Source: an uncultured delta proteobacterium (lineage in GTDB: Bacteria > Desulfobacterota > WTBG01). From it: 64,000 bases of DNA. The first letter of the stretch is position 1; each line of letters begins with the position of its first letter. The translations under genes and the position numbers were made by a program. This document shows positions 10,150-20,287 of this stretch, piece by piece. Location of the stretch: contig CAWCBP010000014.1 in the NCBI GenBank assembly GCA_963793865.1, positions 224,001-288,000 of the forward strand. Reading direction: 5' to 3'. The notes beneath the pieces were generated by a model that saw only the letters and a program-made list of their open reading frames with translations, was not told the DNA's origin and searched no databases.

Positions 10150-11576
10150 GCTTTTTCACCAGCATTTCTTTGATTATCTTGGGATTGCCCTTGCCCCCGG
10201 AAGCTTGCATGGCCCGCCCGATGAGAAACCCCATGGCCTTCTCCATGCCGTTGCGGTAATCATTCACTGCCCCGGGGTTGGCCGCCAGCACCTCATCGAC
10301 TATCTTTTCCAGCTGGCTGGTGTCAGAGAACTGCCGGAAGCCGAATTGTTCCACGATCTCGGACGGCGTTTGGTCACTCTCGAAGAGATGGCGCATGACC
10401 TCTTTTGCGGCATTGGCGTTGACCTCATTTTTTTCAAGCATGGTCAGCAATCCGGCGAAGCGGAGAGGCGATAACCCGTGTGTCGGAAATGGTCTGGCTG
10501 CGCTCCCTGAGGGCGGGAAGAAGCTGGGTGGCCACCCAGTGGGACGCCGTCCGGGGAGGAACGCGGCTCTTTACCACTTCTTCAAAATATTCCGATAACA
10601 TCCCTCTCCGCGCTCATCAGGACGGCCTCTTCCCGGGTCAGGCCGTATTGCCTGCTGAAGCGCTCCGCCTTGCTGCCCGGCATTTCCGGAAGCCGCGCCC
10701 GCATCCCGTTTTTCCATTCTTCGGTGACGGCTATCTGCGGAACCGACGGATCTGGGAACGCAGGGCCCTTCGAATTTGCCGCGCATGGGCACGGTGATGC
10801 ACCTTGTCCGGATCCCAGAGGCGGGTGTGGAGCACGATGGCCTCACCCGACCTGATGCATACGCTCTGACGGCCGATCTCATAGGTGATGGCATCGCCCA
10901 GGTGCCGGATGGAATTCATGTTTTTGACTTCGACCTTGGTGTTGAGTACATCGCTTCCCTTCGGCCGCAGCGAGATATTGGCATCAACGCGCATGGTCCC
11001 CGCCTCCATGCTGCATTCGGAGGTGCCGATGTAGCGGATCTGGGTTCGCAGGGCGCGGATAAACTCCATGGCATCGTGAGGGCTGCGCATGTCGGGCTCG
11101 GTCACGATTTCGACCAGCGGCACGCCGGCACGGTTGAAATCAACCAGGCTGATGGGAGTCCGTCCCTTCGATTTCGTGGACGAGCTTGGCCACATCCTCT
11201 TCCATGTGGATCTTGTGAATACGGAGGCGCTTCATCTGTCCGTCAGCGCCGATGATATCAAGGTGGCCGTTTCGTGCCAGCGGCAGGTGGGCCTGGGAAA
11301 GCTGAAATCCCTTGGGAAGGTCCGGGTAGTAGTACACCTTCTGGTCGAAGGCGCTCAGCTCCTGGACGGTAGCAATTGAGTCCCAGAGCCGGTGAACGCT
11401 GCCTTTTCAAGGGCCTCTTCGCTGAACCGGGGGATGGCTCCGGGCAGCCAGAGGCAGATGGGGCAGGTGTTCCGGTTGGGCTCATCCCCGATGCGGTTGG
11501 GGCAATCACAGAACATCTTGGTGGCGCAGTTAAGCTCAGCATGAATTTCCAGACCGATGACCGCTTCGTATTCCAT
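10139..11576 (-). CDS. gatB: Asp-tRNA(Asn)/Glu-tRNA(Gln) amidotransferase subunit B (multiple frameshifts)
   Basis: Fragments [60 protein letters not shown], and a YqeY-like tail. Confidence 0.9.
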
Positions 11577-11580
11577 TGCA

Positions 11581-12814
11581 TCAAGCCCCTTCTTCTGTCG
11601 GCACAGCCGTGCCGGCACGAGAGAGCAGCCGCGCGTCACTGAATCGCGCCCCGACCAGCTGCAAACCGTAATCGGTGTCTCCCTCGAGAACAAAGCCGGG
11701 TATCTGAAGGGCGGGCAGCCCCAGCACATTGGCCGGGAGCGTCAGGTCACAGGCGTCATAAATATCGGCGATGCCGCGTTTCCGCTGCCCTGATGCAATC
11801 CCTGTCGCCGCGTGGGGAAGGCAAGCGCGTCAACTCGCAGCGAACAAACCGTTGCAGCCTTTGGACCAGGCGCGCCCTGATGCGGCATGCGTTCTCGAAG
11901 GCGGCATAATTTTCAAACTGGAAATAGGCGCCCTGGAAAAGATAGGTTTTGAGCGTAAGGCCGAAGCGACTCGGAGCGGGTTTTAAGGTACATCTCATTC
12001 CAGTTTTTGGCTGATGCGGTGCGGTGGCCATAGCGCACCCCGTCGTATTTCCCGCAGCTTGAAGATGCCTCCACCGAACCGGCGACGTGATGCACGGTGC
12101 GGAACAGGTCAAAATCAGGCAGGCTGACTTCCTTGAACCTCGCATCCGCACGCCGCGAGCTTTTTAATGCCGCACCAGAAGAATGCATCCGACTCGTGAT
12201 CAGTGAGGCTTTTGATGCATTCACCCACGATGCCGATTGACCTATCGGACTCATCGGCAGTAGCTTGCATGTCGACAAAGCGCGGCAGGGTACCTTCGCA
12301 GAGTGAGAAGTCGCGGTCGTCACTGCCGGCAATGATCCCCATCACCAGCGGCGATATCGCCGGGCTGATCGGGCCAGAATACCGAAACACTCCATGGAAG
12401 GCACGAGACCGATCAATCCGAAGCGGGAGACGATGCCGTCGGTCGGTTTGAATCCGTAGACGCCGGCGCGGGAGGCGGTGATGCGCGGCTCGCCCATCGT
12501 GTCCGTCATGAGCGCCACGTCAGCCAGGCTCTCGGGAAAACGCAATGCCTGTTGTATCGCCCGTTCAGGCCGAGACCAAATTCGCTCATGCGGGTACTTC
12601 CGACAATGACCGCGCCCGCTTGTTTCAGACGTTGGATCGACCGTAGCGTCTTCGATGGCGATATAATCCTTCAAGGCTACAGACCCGGCGTCAGTCGGCC
12701 AACCGCGAACGGACATGTTGGGCTGGACAATGAAGGATGTTCCTTCCAGGGTACCACCCTTAATCGACTGATGACGGTGAGGGATTGATATGAGTGAAAG
12801 ACATCTGTTTTCAT
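11581..12814 (-). CDS. gatA: GatA-like amidase-signature protein lacking catalytic residues (multiple frameshifts)
   Basis: EDATV…AGAVIVG…MSEFGLG, YGFKPTDGIVSRFGLI, KYDGVRYGHR; position between gatC and gatB; AGGAGG RBS. Confidence 0.75.
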
Positions 12815-12832
12815 GGATATGCCTCCTGATGC

Positions 12833-14954
12833 TTATTCCAAAATGCTGGCCACCTTGAAATACTTTCCTTTCAAGGCGGGGGCGTTTTTGAAGATTTCTT
12901 CTTTTCCCGAATGAGATGCTTTCTGTGCATCACCCGCTTTTCTCATGCGGTTTACCGTGCCGGCATGACGGAAAAGAGGGGCGCTTCGTCCCCGCCCTTT
13001 CATTGACCACCCCGGCAAGACGCTTCGCCTGCATCCAGCGCGGCGGCGATGGCGGTACGTTCATGTTCTCGAGCCGATGCGGGAAACCCAGGAGAGGGAA
13101 TCGATGAGGTCTTGTTTCTGTTCCATGCCCGGATAGTAGTCCGTTCCGCCGAGATTAAGAAGCCCAAGCTCCGCAAGTTGCTCGCGTGCAACCTCCGAGG
13201 GGGCCTGAGTCAGGGGGCAGAAGGCGCTGCGGTTCTTCGGAAAGGCGATAACCTCGCGGATGGATGAGGTTCCGAGAATCATCGAACACGACCCGGTCCA
13301 TACCCAGGGCGATACCGCCGTGGGGAGGGGCGCCGAAATCCAGGGCGCGCAGGAAGAATCCGAACTTTTCCTCGACCTCTCTTTCGGTTAATCCCAGGGC
13401 CTGAAAAATTTTCCATTGCACCTCACGGTCGTTTATCCGTATGCTGCCCCCGCCAAGCTCCTCTCCGTTGACGACGACGTCGTAGGCCCGTGAACGGAGT
13501 GAGAGAAGCCCCTCGCGGTCTGCCGGATCAAAGTCCATCCGGTCGGGCGACGGTAAAGGGATGGTGGCTGGAGGTGATGCCCTTCCTCGGTGGCCGTAAA
13601 AAGGGGGAAATCGGTAACCCAGAGGGGACTGAATGTGTTTTCAGGGATCAGACCGAGACGATCGGCAAGATGGAGGCGGAGCTGACCGAGGGCGGATGTT
13701 ACAACTTCATACGAGGCGTCGGCAATCATGATGATAACGTCGCCGTTTTCCGCCCCGAAACGCTCCATAATCGCCTTTTGCTCATCCGTGCTGAAAAACT
13801 GGACAATGTTCGATTCGAGCCCGCTCTCCAAAACCCGCATCCAGGTCATCCCTTTGGCGCCGAATCCGGGGACGATCTCCTTTGCGTATTCATTCTGGAG
13901 CACATTCTTGCTGAGCTTTTCCGACTGCCGCTTGATATTGATTCCCTTAATGCACCCCCGCGCTGGAGGATCTGCTTGAATATGCCGTAGTGGTATTCCA
14001 TGAAGATATCCGTGGCTTCCACGAACCGCAAGCCGAAGCGCGTGTCCGGCCGGTCGGAACCCATGGTATCCATGGCTTCCTGGTAGGTCATGCGGGGAAA
14101 GGGCGGGGGAGTGTGATGCCGCCCACGGTAAACATCCGCACGATAAGCTCCTCCATGAGATTCATAGATGAATTCCTCATCGATAAAAGACGCTTCCAGA
14201 TCGAGCTGTGTGAACTCGGGCTGGCGGTTGGGGCGAAGGTCCTCGTCGCGGAAACACCGGACTACCTGGAAGTACCGCTCATATCCACCCACCATGAGGA
14301 GCTGTTTAAAAAGCTGGGGGGACTGGGGCAGGGCATAAAAGCGTCCCTGGATGAACCCGGCTGGGGACAAGATAATCCCGCGCGCCTTCCGGCGTACTCT
14401 TTGTCAACATCGGTGTCTCGATCTCGATAAAGCCCCGTTCATCGAGGAAATCCCGCACACGTTTTGATAATCCGATGCCGCTTCATAAGATACTCCTGCA
14501 TGGTGGGGCGCCGCAGGTCCAGGTACCGGTACTGAAGCCGAATATCCTCAGCCACCGAGTCTGCTCCTTTGATACTGGTGCCGGCGACCATCGCCTTTTC
14601 TGAAATAGAAAAAGGCAGAATCTCTGATTTGCTCAGGATTGTAAGATCAGTCGCCATAACCTCAATGAGTCCTGTATCAAGGTTGGGATTTTCTGTGTCC
14701 TCGGAACGTTTGTGAACATGTCCTGTGAGGGCGATACAAAACTCGTTTCTCAGCGAAGCGGCGGCTTTGCAGACCGATTGCGAAGCAAACTCAGGACTGA
14801 AAACTGCTTGAATAATGCCGCTCCGATCCCGCAGGTGGATAAAAAGCACCTCACCGTGATCCCGGAGCGCATCCACCCAGCCGGCGAGCTATACCTCGCG
14901 CCCGACATCTGCAAGCGTGATGCTGCCGCAGTGCACCCGTTCCCGGTAGGTCAT
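12833..14954 (-). CDS. aspS: Aspartyl-tRNA synthetase (likely non-discriminating) apparently fused to a C-terminal GatC domain (frameshifts; one in-frame TAG at 14889-14891)
   Basis: HCG…[61 protein letters not shown], followed by the GatC-type tail [22 protein letters not shown]. Confidence 0.85.
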
Positions 14955-15095
14955 GCCATTAAACAGACCTTATTTAGAATCTGTCTATTTGGTTCCCATG
15001 TTGAGTTGGGTCAGTATAGAAAAGTTCCATTCCCGTGTCAAGATAAACGCCTGAACGCGTCCTGCCCTATGACTGAAGATTCCGTAAAAAAACAG

Positions 15096-15146
15096 TTGAC
15101 AGATATATTTTTATATTCTAGTATTCCGGAATCGAAATATCCGGAA
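15096..15146 (+). promoter_or_regulatory. Sigma70 promoter with overlapping inverted-repeat operator
   Basis: TTGACA (15096-15101), 17-nt spacer, TAGTAT (15119-15124); inverted repeat TTCCGGA-N9-TCCGGAA (15124-15146). Confidence 0.7.
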
Positions 15147-15173
15147 CTGAACTAAAGAGAAAGAGAGGGTATC

Positions 15174-15890
15174 ATGGACAAGAAGGCGGTTGAGCGGGCA
15201 TTGAAAGAGGACCTGGGAGTCAAAAAGGAACTCATTGCGCTGAAGCCCTTAAAAGCGCTGCCGAAGGATATTGACGCATATGAAGGGGTGGCCGCGCCGG
15301 GACTGTGCGCCCAGATCGGCGAGGTGCTTAAGAGCGGGAGCATGTTTTACACCACCCGGGAGAACCACCAGTGCTATGAGGGCTTGATCGCGACCGGGGT
15401 GTGCGAGGTTTCACGCGAGGAATACCGCAAGGCGGTTGAGAGCTTCATTGATGACTTCCCCTACCACAAGGATGTCCCCACTGCCATGAGCTTTTATGAA
15501 ACCTGCATCAACGAGATAAAGCCGCCCAAGGTGGAAAACAGCTGCCTGGTGGTGGGTCCCTTGAGCAAAGTCGATGATCCCGACCTCGTCCTCATATTCT
15601 GCAATCCCAAACAGGCGGATATCCTCATACGCATCCAGGCCTACCTGGGAGACCTGGTTAAAGGATACGGGGGCAGCGGCGGTTGTCTGTTTACCATCCG
15701 TCACGCATTTCAGAGCCGGCAGCCGAGCTTTTCCACCAGCGATCTTTCTTGGAGGATGTTTGTGGGGCTCAATGAGAACGAGCTGACCGTGACCTATCCC
15801 TATGAGCAGCTCGCGCGGATAGCACCCCACATCAAGCAGACCGCGGATTATGTCAACAGCTTTTCCTCCATGTTTGACAACCTCGGGTAG
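15174..15890 (+). CDS. DUF169-family protein
   Basis: LCAQ…ENHQCYEG…GPL…PDLVLIFCNPKQ…C…ELTVTYP pattern typical of DUF169. Confidence 0.7.
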   Translation: MDKKAVERALKEDLGVKKELIALKPLKALPKDIDAYEGVAAPGLCAQIGEVLKSGSMFYTTRENHQCYEGLIATGVCEVSREEYRKAVESFIDDFPYHKDVPTAMSFYETCINEIKPPKVENSCLVVGPLSKVDDPDLVLIFCNPKQADILIRIQAYLGDLVKGYGGSGGCLFTIRHAFQSRQPSFSTSDLSWRMFVGLNENELTVTYPYEQLARIAPHIKQTADYVNSFSSMFDNLG

Positions 15891-15938
15891 GCGCGCAGTA
15901 ATGTGCGATGCATTCGCGGCGTAAGGCCGCTCCTACCG
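15885..15938. repeat. GTAG-family REP-like palindrome
   Basis: GGTAGGCGCG…GCGATGCATTCGCGGCGTAAGGCCGCTCCTACC. Confidence 0.7.
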
Positions 15939-15967
15939 TCAATTAACCTGTCCGGCGGGGAAAACAT

Positions 15968-17221
15968 ATGCCCCTCAAGTGTTACGAGCACTGCTGCTCC
16001 TCATGCATAGCCCTGGCCAATCTGGGTAAGATAGAAGGAGTGATCCCCATACTCCATGGCCCCCAGGCCTGCGCCTTCGGCAACCAGATGGGTTCCATGT
16101 TCTGCAGGCCGTCGCGGCTGCTCACCGTCGGGACCATGCTTAAGAAGAGCGAGGTGATCTTCGGTGGGGAGGAGAACCTCAAACAGCAGATCATCAATGT
16201 CTACCGCCAGTATAAACCCAGGATTATCGTCATCATCAGCACCTGTGTCCCCCAGCTCATCGGGGAGGACGTGAAGGGCGTCATCACCGAGCTGCAGGAG
16301 CAGATTCCTGAATTGAAGGTGACGTACTGCGAGACAGGATTCAATCATCCCCGGTCCACCCCCATGGGGAATGATGTTTCCTGGAAGGCCATCGTTGACG
16401 TTCTCGAGACGCAGGAGATGGTGAAAAACTCGGTAGGGCTGCTGGGGCGCGCGGGACAGGACGCGGACAGCCTGGGAACGCTCACCGCGCCCCTCCGGGA
16501 AGCGGGCATTACCACCTACGCCTTTCCCGCCGGCCACCTTGACGAGATGGCCGGGATCGTTAAGGCTGAATATCTCTGTCCCATTCAGCTGGTTCCCTAT
16601 CTCACCTGCAGGCGCTTGAGCGAGCGGTTCGGTTCGGTGGTAAAGTTTTTTGAGATTCCGGCGGGCATTGAAGGCACATCCCGTTTCCTGCGGGGTGTGG
16701 CGGAGCTCACCGGCAATCAGCAGCTCCCGGGGATCATTGACCGCGAGGAGGCACGGGTGCTTCCCCGCTTGCAAAAGATCCAGGCGCGCTTCAGGGAAGA
16801 GCCGGTCAGGGCCCTGCTGGTTACCGGGCCGTCCAATGAGATGTCCATTGGAAAAATCCTTGCCGAGTTCGGGGCCGAGGTAATCATCGTTCCCGCCATG
16901 CGCAACGCCTTCGCCCGTCAGGAGCAAAATATCCTTCGTGACCGCTACGGGTCCCGCATCACCTTTCATGAAGCTGACTTTGACACGGTGGCACAGCTGA
17001 CCGATGTGTATAAACCGGATGTGGTCTTTGCCGATTTTCAGGGGCGGGTTGAGCTGGTGCACCGGCTTGTCCCCTGCCTCATCAATGAAAATTACTTGAA
17101 TGAGTACGGGTACGACTATGCCATCGACTTTGGCGAGCATTTTTTTGAAAACCTCAAGATGCCGGTTTTCAGGGAGTGGCAGGATTTGATGGATCGCTAC
17201 GGGGAGGGCAACTATGCCTGA
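15968..17221 (+). CDS. Nitrogenase component-1-like reductase, subunit 1 (BchN/BchY-like)
   Basis: Three-Cys cluster-ligand pattern CSSC…HGPQAC…STC, plus EVIFGGEENL, LIGEDV, P-x-GIEGT-x-RFL. Confidence 0.8.
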   Translation: MPLKCYEHCCSSCIALANLGKIEGVIPILHGPQACAFGNQMGSMFCRPSRLLTVGTMLKKSEVIFGGEENLKQQIINVYRQYKPRIIVIISTCVPQLIGEDVKGVITELQEQIPELKVTYCETGFNHPRSTPMGNDVSWKAIVDVLETQEMVKNSVGLLGRAGQDADSLGTLTAPLREAGITTYAFPAGHLDEMAGIVKAEYLCPIQLVPYLTCRRLSERFGSVVKFFEIPAGIEGTSRFLRGVAELTGNQQLPGIIDREEARVLPRLQKIQARFREEPVRALLVTGPSNEMSIGKILAEFGAEVIIVPAMRNAFARQEQNILRDRYGSRITFHEADFDTVAQLTDVYKPDVVFADFQGRVELVHRLVPCLINENYLNEYGYDYAIDFGEHFFENLKMPVFREWQDLMDRYGEGNYA

Positions 17222-18962
17222 TGGTTCAGCGGGCGGTCAGCGGCGCGAGACGTTTTCAGCCGCCTCAAAGATGAAGGTGAAGGAGATTCATAAGCCCTCA
17301 TCTTTTGAGGGAGCGGTATGGGCCATGCAGGGCATAAGGGACATCCGCCTGATTTTTCACGCGCCGCCGGGATGCTACATGATGCAGCACATGTACTCCC
17401 TCTGTAATGAGTGGCATCCAGATTTTTACAGCACGCTTCTCTCGTACGGAAACGTGATGCAGGGGACAGAGGCGCAGCTGGAGAAGATCCTCGAAAAGGC
17501 GGCGGCGGAAAACCCCGCTGCGATTGTGGTGATCACCTCTCCGGTGGTGGAAATTACCGGTGATGATGTGGCGGGCGTTGCGAAAAAAGTGGGTTATGAC
17601 AGGACCGTGGTCATCCGCCCGGCCCTCGGAGGGTCGCTTGCGGAGGGAAAAGAGCAGGCCCTGCTTGTCCTCGCTGAGCTTATGGACCCGGCGGCGGAGA
17701 AGATGGAGAAAACGGTCAACCTTATCGGCCCGACCTACAACACCTTCAACTGGAGGGCTGATGTTTGTGAGCTGCGAAGAATGCTTTCGCATATCGGCGT
17801 GTCCGTCAATGCGGTGTTAAGCGCGGATTGTACGGTCGACCAGATTTGCAGGGCGCCGGGGGCGCAGCTCAACATCTGTGTCTATCCTTATGACTGCGGA
17901 GAGGCGCTTGCCCGGAGCATGCAGGAACGCTTTGGGCTGCCCTATGTTGCAGCTCGCGTTCCCATAGGATACCGGGAGTCGGCAGCCTGGCTGGAGGAGA
18001 TCGCCCGCTTTTTTCATATTGATGCGGGGGCCTATCTTGCCCGGGAGATGAAAAATGGTTTGGACCTGTTTACCTCGCTTCTGGTTTCCAACACCTTCTT
18101 TGAATCGAGCGTGGCGCTCTCCACCGACAACTGCGACAGCTACAGCGTGGGACTGAGCGGCTTCCTGCAGCGGGAGCTGGGCATGCACGTGTGCTTTGCC
18201 GCGGTATCCACTGAGAAGGCGGGGGAGACAGTTGCCGGGGCATGTGAGCGGGTTTTGCTCAATTCAAGTATCGATGAGAAAAAGAACCTGCTGCTCCAAA
18301 CCTCTCCCACCATTATTCTGGGCAATTATTATGATCTCAAACTGTCAACCGACCTGGGCTTTAAAAATTTTCTTTTCGCAGACATCCCCCTCATTGGCTA
18401 TATCTTCTCCGAGACCACCCCTTTCATGGGCTTTATGGGAGCGCAGCACCTTATCCAGGCAATCGGCAATGAGATCTATACCAAGATTTTTATCGAAACC
18501 AAGGGAGAGCTGGAAGGGGCCATCTCATCGGGCGAGGTGCACTGGGAACTGGATGCGGAACAGGCGTTGGGCAGGATGGCCCAGCTGCTTCCCCATTTTG
18601 TCCGCTCGATTGCCATCAAAAAGCTGCACCAGGTAGCTGATGGGATCGCCGTTGAGCGGGGGACAAGCGTGACCCTTGCCATTTTGCGGGAGGTGGCTGA
18701 ACGATATACGCCCACCCGGTTCAAGGCAAAGTTCTCAACTCTTTTTACGGATATGGAAGGCACAACCCGTCAGCCGGCCGGGGTGGATGATCCGGAGTTT
18801 ACCATGGAATGGGACGCGCCGGCACAAGAGATGCTGGAGATGGTACCCGCTGAATTCAGGCAGCAGGCGGTTGCGGGTACAGAGGCGTATGCGCGGGAAC
18901 ATGGCTACGGTGCCGTTTCAGTCCGGGTGGTGGAGGAGTATCGGAAGGAACTGGGCTTTTAG
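17214..18962 (+). CDS. Nitrogenase component-1-like reductase, subunit 2 (BchB/BchZ-like) with two C-terminal PCP_red-like domains
   Basis: HAPPGC, VNLIGPT…ADVCELRRML, PFMGFMGA; tails WELDAEQAL…PHFVRSIAIKKL and WDAPAQEML…VPAEFR…EAYAREHG; overlaps the upstream gene by 8 nt. Confidence 0.8.
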   Translation: MPDGSAGGQRRETFSAASKMKVKEIHKPSSFEGAVWAMQGIRDIRLIFHAPPGCYMMQHMYSLCNEWHPDFYSTLLSYGNVMQGTEAQLEKILEKAAAENPAAIVVITSPVVEITGDDVAGVAKKVGYDRTVVIRPALGGSLAEGKEQALLVLAELMDPAAEKMEKTVNLIGPTYNTFNWRADVCELRRMLSHIGVSVNAVLSADCTVDQICRAPGAQLNICVYPYDCGEALARSMQERFGLPYVAARVPIGYRESAAWLEEIARFFHIDAGAYLAREMKNGLDLFTSLLVSNTFFESSVALSTDNCDSYSVGLSGFLQRELGMHVCFAAVSTEKAGETVAGACERVLLNSSIDEKKNLLLQTSPTIILGNYYDLKLSTDLGFKNFLFADIPLIGYIFSETTPFMGFMGAQHLIQAIGNEIYTKIFIETKGELEGAISSGEVHWELDAEQALGRMAQLLPHFVRSIAIKKLHQVADGIAVERGTSVTLAILREVAERYTPTRFKAKFSTLFTDMEGTTRQPAGVDDPEFTMEWDAPAQEMLEMVPAEFRQQAVAGTEAYAREHGYGAVSVRVVEEYRKELGF

Positions 18963-18980
18963 ATTCGTGCGCGTAGAACC

Positions 18981-19032
18981 GGTAGGAGCGGCTTTCAGCC
19001 GCGAATGCATCGCGCATGAATGCGCTCCTACA
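18981..19032. repeat. GTAG-family REP doublet (REPIN-like)
   Basis: GGTAGGAGCGGCTTTCAGCCGCGAATGCATCGCGCATGAATGCGCTCCTACA. Confidence 0.8.
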
Positions 19033-19085
19033 GAAATTTTACATATCTTTGGCAAACGTTTCAGCGAACCCAGGGAGAGGGGCCA

Positions 19086-19556
19086 ATGACCAGGGCAGGC
19101 AAAGGCGGGAGGGCAACCGGCGAGATTAATGACCGGATGCTGGTGGTGAAGGACTTTATCGATGAGCTTTACAACAAGACCGTTTTTCGGAACGGGAGAG
19201 CCGCCAATTATGATTTAACCCCTGCTCAAATAAAGGCATTCTTTGCTTTCAAAGAGGATGACCGCGCGTATCCCATCGGCGAACTGGGCAGGAATGCCCG
19301 GGTCAAGAGCTCTACCATCACCGACATGATTGACCGGCTGGAAAAAGAGGGCATTGCCGAACGACTGAAAGACCACGGGGACCGGCGGGTGGTAAAAGTG
19401 CGGCTCACCACCAAGGGCAGGGAAATCAAGAATCAGTTTGTCGTAAGGATGCGATCCGGCATGGAGCAGACATTCTCAAAATTGAGCGAAGGGGAGAAAA
19501 AGGCCCTGCTTGATCACCTCAAGGGGGCATACGAGATATTGAAGAGAATAAAGTAG
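19086..19556 (+). CDS. MarR-family transcriptional regulator
   Basis: LTPAQ…IGELG…STITDMIDRLEKEG…DRRVVKVRLTTKG. Confidence 0.9.
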   Translation: MTRAGKGGRATGEINDRMLVVKDFIDELYNKTVFRNGRAANYDLTPAQIKAFFAFKEDDRAYPIGELGRNARVKSSTITDMIDRLEKEGIAERLKDHGDRRVVKVRLTTKGREIKNQFVVRMRSGMEQTFSKLSEGEKKALLDHLKGAYEILKRIK

Positions 19557-19596
19557 GACCGGCAAAAATCCATAATCATCGAGGATAGCATACGCC

Positions 19597-20277
19597 ATGC
19601 ATGACGTTCACCGTGATTCTCTCATCACAGAGAAAAAGAAACGGCAGGTAAAAAAATCCGGATCTGCTCATGCGCATGAAGGGCACGATCATTCCCACGA
19701 CCGTGATCACCCTCACGATCATGAAAAGCATCATGGCGACGATGATCATGGGCACGACCACGGGGCTCCTCACGGGCACGACCATGACCACGCCGAAGAT
19801 GCCTATGAAGAACATGATCAGGACTTCCATGGCCATGAACATGCTCACGGGCAGGGAGAGGATGAGGACCGGGCATTCGCGCACATCCACGAACACGGTC
19901 ATGATTTCTTTCACGCGCACCATCACACCCACCATCCGGAGCATGCGGGCGCGGTGCATAAGATTTTCGGTGATCCGCTGAGGGACTGGTTTGCCGCCTT
20001 GTTAATGCTGCTCCTGATGGGGGCGGGGTATTTCAAGTTGCTTCCCGGATACCTGCCGGAGGGGATGCTGCTCTGCGCCGCAGTTATCGGTGTTTTCCCG
20101 CTGCTTAAAAATGCGCTCTTTGATGCGCTCTATAAAAGGAGGTTCCGTTTTGAATTGCCGGTCGGAATCCTCCTGCTTGCCGGGCTCTTCATGGGGAAGT
20201 TTCTGGAGGTGGCCCTCATTGCCCTGCTGCTGCTGGTGGGAAGTTTTATGAGGCTCAATTTTTCATGGAAGGACTGA
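19597..20277 (+). CDS. His-rich membrane protein resembling a detached P1B-ATPase N-terminal metal-binding/MA-MB segment
   Basis: About 100 aa of His/Asp-rich sequence followed by hydrophobic helices containing GVFPLLKNALF. Confidence 0.65.
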   Translation: MHDVHRDSLITEKKKRQVKKSGSAHAHEGHDHSHDRDHPHDHEKHHGDDDHGHDHGAPHGHDHDHAEDAYEEHDQDFHGHEHAHGQGEDEDRAFAHIHEHGHDFFHAHHHTHHPEHAGAVHKIFGDPLRDWFAALLMLLLMGAGYFKLLPGYLPEGMLLCAAVIGVFPLLKNALFDALYKRRFRFELPVGILLLAGLFMGKFLEVALIALLLLVGSFMRLNFSWKD

Positions 20278-20287
20278 ATAACCATGC

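Noticed and set aside
16001..17140. Long antisense ORFs (also 28617..29618, 29527..30345, 39649..40413, 19576..19959)
   Set aside because: Shadow ORFs opposite well-supported genes in GC-rich DNA, with no motifs
15968..18962. True nitrogenase (nifDK/nifEN)
   Set aside because: No nifH or nifB, no recognisable FeMo-co ligand motifs, and PCP_red tails point to the DPOR/COR-like branch
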